From positions 104,083 to 168,082 of the IMG/VR virus record IMGVR_UViG_3300028591_000094: 64,000 nucleotides of DNA. One strand, given 5' to 3'. A model generated the notes under the pieces. That model was not told the DNA's origin and ran no database searches. It saw nothing but the letters and a program-made list of their open reading frames with translations. Origin of the DNA: a virus (taxonomy: Duplodnaviria; Caudoviricetes). This document shows, in pieces, positions 57,805-64,000 of this stretch (position 1 is the first letter of the stretch; each line of letters starts with the position of its first letter). The position numbers were made by a program, and so were the translations under genes.

Positions 57805-58626
57805 TTAAACTAAATTTAATTTAACACAAGACCATTTGTGTTCGTTTTCTTTATCCCAGACTATTCTCCATGGAAAATCTGGATTCATTTTACCTAACAC
57901 TTCCAGGTATTTGCCAAGATATTCCCTTTCCTCCTTTAGATTGTATATATCGTCATATTTTCTGCACACATCCGATAAATGGGAGTTATAGATAAACGAC
58001 GGCTCCGCTTTACAATTAAATAGTAAACGCGAGCAACGGTGCATAATGTTATACATAAACACCATATCCTCACATACACACTCTACAAAGGGATTCTCCT
58101 TTACTATCTCAGTTCTCCATACAAATGAACAAAAGTGCGGTTGGAATGTTGTAATGAAATCTTCCAGATTGGTAGTATATTCCATTGGATATGTGAACTT
58201 GCATAATTGTATGTTACCGTCTTCATCCAAGCGTCTCAACATATTAGGTTCACCGTATAAGTCGTAGTTTCTGAATTTATTTAAAAAGCCGACACATTTA
58301 TCAAGATGCCCAGGTAGTAACTCGTCGTCAGCATCTAGGAAACAAATGTATTCACTGTCGGTTAATCTTATACCTACATTACGGGCATAGGTTGGACCGT
58401 ATTTGCCTCGGTGCTGAATTTTAACGTAAGTAAAAACTTCGGGATGTTCTTTCTCAAATTGTTTAGCTATTTTTGAACTGCCGTCGGTTGAATTATCATC
58501 AACCAATATACATTCAAACGGACAGTTTCCGTGATTATCCAGTACACTTTTCAAGGTGGTTTCCAGTTGCGGTGCCTTGTTATGCACTGGTATTACCATC
58601 GTTACTTTGTTTTTAACTAATTCCAT
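57805..58626 (-). CDS. Glycosyltransferase family 2 (GT-A), paralog
   Basis: VIPVHN..LVDDNSTDGS..ARNVGI..YICFLDADD..CEDM. Confidence 0.9.
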   Translation of the reverse strand: MELVKNKVTMVIPVHNKAPQLETTLKSVLDNHGNCPFECILVDDNSTDGSSKIAKQFEKEHPEVFTYVKIQHRGKYGPTYARNVGIRLTDSEYICFLDADDELLPGHLDKCVGFLNKFRNYDLYGEPNMLRRLDEDGNIQLCKFTYPMEYTTNLEDFITTFQPHFCSFVWRTEIVKENPFVECVCEDMVFMYNIMHRCSRLLFNCKAEPSFIYNSHLSDVCRKYDDIYNLKEEREYLGKYLEVLGKMNPDFPWRIVWDKENEHKWSCVKLNLV

Positions 58627-58665
58627 ATAAAAACAATATAACGACGTTATGATGAAAAAACAAAA

Positions 58666-58923
58666 TTAAAATTCCCCGTACTTGATGTCGTCCCTGGCGG
58701 AATCGAAAAGATTAAGGATAACATCGTCCCTTAACTTGTATGTATTTTGAATCCAGTGGTACCAGTCTCTGAGAGAATCATATGCCTTAGCGTGGCGGGG
58801 ATTCTGGAGATTGAATCCTGGCTGTAATCCAGTGGCTTTATCAAACCAACTTGGTTTACTGGCATTAATTTCATCCACAGCTTCCTTGATTATTCTCTTG
58901 AGTCTATTTTCGTCTATTCTCAT
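58666..58923 (-). CDS. Small protein with an IDExRL..IIKEAV leader (candidate internal head protein)
   Basis: MRIDENRLKRIIKEAVDEIN; has its own TATTTAT motif after the sheath terminator. Confidence 0.65.
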   Translation of the reverse strand: MRIDENRLKRIIKEAVDEINASKPSWFDKATGLQPGFNLQNPRHAKAYDSLRDWYHWIQNTYKLRDDVILNLFDSARDDIKYGEF

Positions 58924-58964
58924 TGTAATATTTTTTTTGTCTTAATATAAATATCTAGAAATAG

Positions 58965-58997
58965 AAAAAGGGACTGATTTAAAACCAATCCCTTTTG
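58965..58997 (-). terminator. Intrinsic terminator after the sheath gene
   Basis: aaaagggactg...caatcccttttg hairpin. Confidence 0.65.
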
Positions 58998-59018
58998 TTG
59001 TGAGTATTGAGATAAACA

Positions 59019-62000
59019 TTACTCCCACTGCACACCTTGGGGTGTGATGATGAGTTCCAGGTCCAGATATTCCAACATCTGAGTAGGTTTAATGAATATC
59101 TTGGCTGGGAGTTCAAGTCTGTCGCGAGCCTCGTCGCTGTCGTCGACTTCGATTCTGTAGTCAGTGATACCACGGTTAGACATAATCGGGTCGAGCACAC
59201 TCTTGACACATGACTTGAAGGTTTCAGCCATAGCAGCGTCGTTCGGGTCGAACAACAGACCAACACAAGCTGTTGACAGAAGGTTCTTGAGGCGAATGAG
59301 CAGTCTTCTCTTCGAAATACGGTTCATGATACCCTCGTGTACCTGCAGGTTCTTGTCACCCCAGATACGGTCACCTTCCTTGGCGAACGAATTGATGTAG
59401 TTGATACGACCTGAATACAGAGTATCCTGTTCAGCCAGTTTCAGCTTGCGTTTAGGTTCAACGCCACTGATGTCACCGCGGTTCCAGCCAGCCGAAGCAT
59501 ACCAAGGATACTTGATATTGTCGGTGTAAGCCATATTACGGAGAACGTCGCGAGTTACAGGCAGATAGATGTACTGATTGTTGTCAGCGTCATAGTATTT
59601 CTCCCAAGGATAATACGTGCAAGCGTAGTTGGTATCGATACCAGTGTCTTCAAGGTTGAAAACAACATCCTCTGGAGTATACATCTCAGCTTTACTGTCG
59701 CCAGCACCGAATGGTTTATCAGGTGTGGTGATAACATACAGGGCGTCACCGCGCTCCTCCTCGACCATATCAATAACTTCATTTACAAGTTCAGTCTGGT
59801 TGACGTAGTCAATACCAGGTGTCGCAAACAAGTTAATCGAAACAGTTTTCGGGTTATCAAGCTGCTTGATAGCGGCGAGATAAGCATAATAGTCAGAGGT
59901 TATAATCTTGTCAGCGCTGTTGAAACCATAAGCCTCAGGATTCTTCATCATTGAGAACATAGTACCTTGGCCACTAACCTTGTTGATTGAACCTTTGTAC
60001 TTATTGTAACGGTATTCGTCGCTGTTGGAACGGGAGGTTCTGTAATAATCCCAGCCATCCCAGCCACCGTAGAAACAAAGGGTGAACTTACGATAGTTCT
60101 TGTCTTCGTAGATTGTTCCAGCCATTACATCCTCGGTGCCGATTCTAGGCTCAATACCTTCGGAGGTAATTTCAGTTTTAGCTACTGTTACCCAGTTATA
60201 ACCAGTAACACCGTCAACGTCAACTACCTGTTTGTTACCCTGGGTATCCTCGGTGTACCATACACCGTTCTCGGAACCAGTAGGTTTACCGTTAAGAATA
60301 CGAGCGTCAAGGTGGAAACAAGGAGTTAGACCGTCTGGATTGTCGTTGTAAGCCTCAACACCTTTGTAAGTCAGAACATCTTCGTCAATACCGAGAATGT
60401 CAGACATACCAAAGTACTGTTTTTTAGCTCTGATTTCGTCATCAATCGTAGTGTTAAACTTAATGTAAGGCTGTTTAATAGTACCATTTATACTACCGTC
60501 GCTGGTCTCGAAGATACCAAAACCACCGTAGTTTCTTACAGGATATCCAAGGAAGCCGCAAGGTATCGACATTGAAGTTATGTCATCCTCGTTGATTTCA
60601 ACGGTGATATAAGCCGACTGTGAAGCATAAACTTCATCAATAGTACCGATACGGAGACCGAGATAGTTACTCTCACCTGGAGTTAAACCACACTTACCGA
60701 ATCTTTCGAGAACATTAGGATTGTAATCAGTGTCGTAGAATGAACGCACAACTACATCGAAAGTCTCATTGTCTGGGTCAATGTTTTCAATGGAAATTTT
60801 CACCTCGTTGACTGAATTGTCACCGTCGGATATAGTGTGGAAGCGGAAAAGCTTGTGAAGATTGATGTTACTACCACTACCCTTAATTTCAGAAACAATC
60901 CAAGGTGTTGAAGAATAACGATATTCCTCCTTGTAATTGTTGAAATCGAGAGTTATAGGTTCAACGTCAACATCGTTAGCATTATCACTGTTGTCTATGT
61001 CAGTCAGAATGTAGTACATATCCTCGGAAGCAACTCTCACGCAGTTAGCGAGAATATAGTTGTTTCTCACAACATCGCGTTCGAAATTGTAAGTGGTAAG
61101 GAATTCAGTGAACTTCTTGTTACCTTCAAGGATACCACCGTTCTCGTTTCTATATTCACCATAGAAATATTCTTTCTTACTGGTTTCAGGGTTGTTCCAT
61201 CCGATAACCGTGTAGATATGACCAGGGATACCGAGTTGCGGCTCACTCCATGAAGCACCATTGTCTCTGGAAACACGGACATGAATACCGAGTTCCTGTT
61301 GCGACTCATTAAGAGTGTAAAGGTATCTCTTGTTTAAGTATCTCTTGCTATCAATATCCTCATCACTTATCGTTGCCAGACCGTCGACAGGTTCATGTGA
61401 CGGAACAATATAAACCGCTGGATAATAAGCTAGTTCATGGTTGATTGCGTTGATTTCACCAGCATAAATAAGCTGTTCGAGGGCAATGTCGTAAAGTTCC
61501 TCTACATAAACATCAGCATCACCAACTTCTGGGTCAGTACCAAGTACTCTGGTGATATAGTTCTTGTCAGCAGGATTCAAGGATACTGAATACTGATGTT
61601 TAACGGTTGTAGCTATACCACAGCTGTCGCATCCCTGGATTGAATCAACTGAAATAATGAACTTACCATAGTTAAGCGCGTCGATATTAAAGTCACCTGT
61701 AATGGTATTGTAGCTTGGTGAACACTCGTCACCGAGAATCATGCTTGTTGGCGGGTCAAGTGAAAGTGTCTTTGCGTAGTATTCAATACTATCGTATGTA
61801 TAAACCGTGTTACCACAGTTATCGATACCGCTAGGAGTCGCTTTCTTATGTTCGCCACGTGAACGTAAAACTGCAATTACTACATTATCGTAGTCAGCAG
61901 CCGTATCCTCAACACAAGTTGGTTGAGGTTCAGCATTCGCCTCATATTTGAAAGTTTTACCAGTTTCAGAGACTATCGGCTGACCGTCTTCTTCGTTTAT

Positions 62001-63122
62001 CTGAGTGTAGTTGAATTGATTTGCTTTGAAATGGGAGATAGCAAAATCATAGGTAGAATCATAGTCAGGGAACATGGTAGCAAAAGTAGTCTCCGAAGTT
62101 GCCATATTTTCGAGAGCTGACTTAGGTATAAGGATATATCTGAAAACCCTACCTGTATCTTCACCGTCAATATTTTCTACATATTCCTTAATGTATTCCG
62201 TATAAGTTTCATAATCACCACTGTTATGGTCAGCAGGCGAAACTCGGTCGAATGTATAGTTTGCAACAATACCGTCCTCGTCGTTTAAAGTATAAACAAC
62301 AGCAATACGTCCATCGGTAATATTGTTGTCGAGGTCAACATAGTAGAAAGCGCCAGCTTTGTGATTTTCATCTTCGTCCCCCTCAGGTGCGTTACCCCAG
62401 TTATGAGCGATAGCATAGTCTCTTAATGCTGTTGCAGGGTCGTTACTCTCACCTTCATTAACCGAAGCGAATTCCATCTGGAGGCCCATTGGGAGTGTCG
62501 TAAACATCTCAGCATAATTGTCGTCAAAATACACGATGCCAGCGTTACCGTTCACATGAGCATCCATTGCGGCAATTTCAGGCTTTTGTTTCTGAATTGG
62601 GTTATCAGTACCATCACTTAAAACTGCACCAGGTACATTGAACGTAAAATTAGCATTACCATAAAAACCTTGGTCAGATTTACCAATACCGTTTAACGTA
62701 TTCTCTACCTCAACAGGTGTACCGTCTTCTTTAAAAGCTTGGTCATATTGATAGCCGTTACCACAATTATGTTTAGTCGCCGTAATAACCCAAGCAGGAC
62801 CAGCGTTAACACCAGAGAAGCCAAGGGTTCTAACAACCTCAAGCTGTTTGGATTGTTTCAAATATTCCTGTGCTATGTAAGGCAACTCGTATTTTGGGTA
62901 TTGTGAACCACGGAACTTTTCGGTGTTAGTACCACCGAAATAAGCTTGGAATTCGCGCCAGTTTTCAATAGGAATTGGTTGGAATGCAGGACCTTTAACA
63001 GTCTCACCAGCCAAACCTAACGTAGTTATACCCAAAGACTTGGTTGCATATTGCACCTCAGTTTCCTTGTAGTAGATACCAGGGCTGACGTGCGCACGTC
63101 TTGAACTACTTCTTTTAGCCAT
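59019..63122 (-). CDS. Tail sheath protein (large)
   Basis: VSPGIYYKE..LAGETVKGPAFQP..FGG; ATPGID; YYPW; PWYASAGWNRG; RIWGDKNL..RISKRRLL..LLFDPND. Confidence 0.92.
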   Translation of the reverse strand: MAKRSSSRRAHVSPGIYYKETEVQYATKSLGITTLGLAGETVKGPAFQPIPIENWREFQAYFGGTNTEKFRGSQYPKYELPYIAQEYLKQSKQLEVVRTLGFSGVNAGPAWVITATKHNCGNGYQYDQAFKEDGTPVEVENTLNGIGKSDQGFYGNANFTFNVPGAVLSDGTDNPIQKQKPEIAAMDAHVNGNAGIVYFDDNYAEMFTTLPMGLQMEFASVNEGESNDPATALRDYAIAHNWGNAPEGDEDENHKAGAFYYVDLDNNITDGRIAVVYTLNDEDGIVANYTFDRVSPADHNSGDYETYTEYIKEYVENIDGEDTGRVFRYILIPKSALENMATSETTFATMFPDYDSTYDFAISHFKANQFNYTQINEEDGQPIVSETGKTFKYEANAEPQPTCVEDTAADYDNVVIAVLRSRGEHKKATPSGIDNCGNTVYTYDSIEYYAKTLSLDPPTSMILGDECSPSYNTITGDFNIDALNYGKFIISVDSIQGCDSCGIATTVKHQYSVSLNPADKNYITRVLGTDPEVGDADVYVEELYDIALEQLIYAGEINAINHELAYYPAVYIVPSHEPVDGLATISDEDIDSKRYLNKRYLYTLNESQQELGIHVRVSRDNGASWSEPQLGIPGHIYTVIGWNNPETSKKEYFYGEYRNENGGILEGNKKFTEFLTTYNFERDVVRNNYILANCVRVASEDMYYILTDIDNSDNANDVDVEPITLDFNNYKEEYRYSSTPWIVSEIKGSGSNINLHKLFRFHTISDGDNSVNEVKISIENIDPDNETFDVVVRSFYDTDYNPNVLERFGKCGLTPGESNYLGLRIGTIDEVYASQSAYITVEINEDDITSMSIPCGFLGYPVRNYGGFGIFETSDGSINGTIKQPYIKFNTTIDDEIRAKKQYFGMSDILGIDEDVLTYKGVEAYNDNPDGLTPCFHLDARILNGKPTGSENGVWYTEDTQGNKQVVDVDGVTGYNWVTVAKTEITSEGIEPRIGTEDVMAGTIYEDKNYRKFTLCFYGGWDGWDYYRTSRSNSDEYRYNKYKGSINKVSGQGTMFSMMKNPEAYGFNSADKIITSDYYAYLAAIKQLDNPKTVSINLFATPGIDYVNQTELVNEVIDMVEEERGDALYVITTPDKPFGAGDSKAEMYTPEDVVFNLEDTGIDTNYACTYYPWEKYYDADNNQYIYLPVTRDVLRNMAYTDNIKYPWYASAGWNRGDISGVEPKRKLKLAEQDTLYSGRINYINSFAKEGDRIWGDKNLQVHEGIMNRISKRRLLIRLKNLLSTACVGLLFDPNDAAMAETFKSCVKSVLDPIMSNRGITDYRIEVDDSDEARDRLELPAKIFIKPTQMLEYLDLELIITPQGVQWE

Positions 63123-63186
63123 ATTATCTAAACTTTAATTATTATTTTATTTATATATTATAAATAGTTAGATATTTTCCAAAGTG

Positions 63187-63531
63187 CTAAAACAACAGCT
63201 CTAAATATTCAGCTGATTGAATTTTAAGATGGACTTTTTTACACTCTGAAAGTTCATCCTCAGTCAAACCTTGGTTATCTATATCTATAACACTGGACAA
63301 GATACCATTATATATAATACTTTCAGTTTCACTTATCTGGTATCCCTCTGTTTTCAAGCCTGGAATTGTGGTATACAGTCTCTCGATGACATATTGACAA
63401 CTTTCATCTACACTTTTCTTTAATCTGGATAACTTTAAAGCCACACCTACACCGAGTTCTAGATTTTGGGTATAAAGTTCATCTAGAACATCTTGAATTT
63501 TAAACAGTTCGTTTACGGTTACTTGTTTCAT
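63187..63531 (-). CDS. Hypothetical protein
   Basis: 114 aa from ATG 63531; the longer start in the ORF track runs into the IS-end hairpin. Confidence 0.65.
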   Translation of the reverse strand: MKQVTVNELFKIQDVLDELYTQNLELGVGVALKLSRLKKSVDESCQYVIERLYTTIPGLKTEGYQISETESIIYNGILSSVIDIDNQGLTEDELSECKKVHLKIQSAEYLELLF

Positions 63532-63660
63532 AATAATTTTTGGCAAGGAAACCCCGAAATCTTCAGTTTCGGGGAGGAATTGCCATTTTCCTTCTTTTTA
63601 ATTATTATAGTTATTTTTTATCTTTTTTTCAAATTATAATATGATATTTTTTAATTTTCT

Positions 63661-63680
63661 TTATATTTATATATAGAAAA
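63661..63680 (+). promoter_or_regulatory. Phage-type promoter motif upstream of tnpB
   Basis: TTATATTTATATATAGAAAA is the reverse complement of 51441-51460. Confidence 0.55.
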
Positions 63681-63696
63681 CGTTCCTTAAAACACG

Positions 63697-64000
63697 ATGT
63701 ACCTTACAACCACGGTCATACAATCCGAGCAGCATCACGAGGTCGACCTCTCGACCCTCCGTGCCCTGTGCTATCAGTCCGCACGTCTGTATAACCGTTC
63801 CCTTTACAACGTAAGACAGCACTTCTTCGACACCTCCAAATATCTCCCCTACGGCAGCAATTGGAAACAGACTAAGGACTCGGAAGACTACCAACTCCTC
63901 ATGTCGGACATCTCCCAGCAAATCATGCGCCTTGTCGACCGCGACATGCAGTCGTTCTTCAAACTCCTTGTCCTCAAAAAAAGCAACAAATACTCCGCTC
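63697..64000 (+). CDS. tnpB: TnpB (RNA-guided endonuclease family), N-terminal part, runs off the window
   Basis: MYLTT..LRALCYQSARLYNRSLYNVRQHFF..YQLLMSDISQQIMRLVDRDMQSFF matches the TnpB N-terminal LYN..Y..RQ / QQ....SFF pattern. Confidence 0.8.
   Translation, partial: MYLTTTVIQSEQHHEVDLSTLRALCYQSARLYNRSLYNVRQHFFDTSKYLPYGSNWKQTKDSEDYQLLMSDISQQIMRLVDRDMQSFFKLLVLKKSNKYSA

Larger units (their letters stand above)
63541..64000 (+). mobile_element. IS200/IS605-family element (no tnpA visible; IS1341-like), left part
   Basis: Subterminal hairpin TGGCAA..CCCCGAAA-tcttcag-TTTCGGGG..TTGCCA at 63541-63585, followed by tnpB; abrupt rise in GC. Confidence 0.7.

Noticed and set aside
550-62120. Numerous short + strand and nested ORFs in the track
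   Set aside because: They overlap long, motif-bearing minus-strand genes and have no recognisable motifs or upstream signals.
63667-63921. 84-aa minus-strand ORF
   Set aside because: It is the antisense shadow of the tnpB reading frame.
1-64000. Stop-codon reassignment (TAG read as Gln, as in some gut jumbo phages)
   Set aside because: Genes tile densely in the standard code, and TAG ends genes at sensible boundaries (26167, 42790, 51639, 63187). The in-frame TAG near 55778 is in a copy that also has a frameshift.
1-64000. tRNA, rRNA or diversity-generating retroelement
   Set aside because: No cloverleaf-like sequence in the short intergenic gaps and no reverse transcriptase. The one long duplication differs largely at synonymous sites rather than only at adenines.

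Overview
Part of a large myovirus-type (probably jumbo) phage genome. It is AT-rich, uses the standard genetic code, and nearly all genes lie on the minus strand. A Bacteroidota host is inferred from AT-rich ribosome-binding regions without a Shine-Dalgarno motif, InlB-B/Bacteroides repeats and a DDLPF-tailed SSB. The contractile-tail region includes sheath, tube, tape measure, gp26/gp51-like chaperones, a tube-initiator-like protein, gp53/gp25/gp6/gp7-like wedge proteins, a hub carrying several wall-hydrolase domains, and many large unannotated structural proteins. A replication/nucleotide block (SSB, thymidine kinase, RecA/UvsX, 5'-3' flap nuclease, DnaB-like helicase, class II RNR) is embedded in it. 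Accessory features: (1) three stand-alone genes share an N-terminal leader and x-N/D-E motifs, a candidate capsid-targeting cargo system; (2) a Hef-like endonuclease is nested between two copies of the 5' half of another nuclease gene, both broken at the same catalytic motif; (3) tandem GT2 glycosyltransferases lie between the sheath gene and an inverted tube gene; (4) CBM5/12-like modules occur in four structural proteins; (5) a TATTTAT promoter-like motif recurs; (6) an IS200/IS605-type end and a tnpB 5' end (missed by the ORF track) follow a 20-bp exact copy of the tape-measure promoter region. All family calls are from motif recognition by eye, not database searches.
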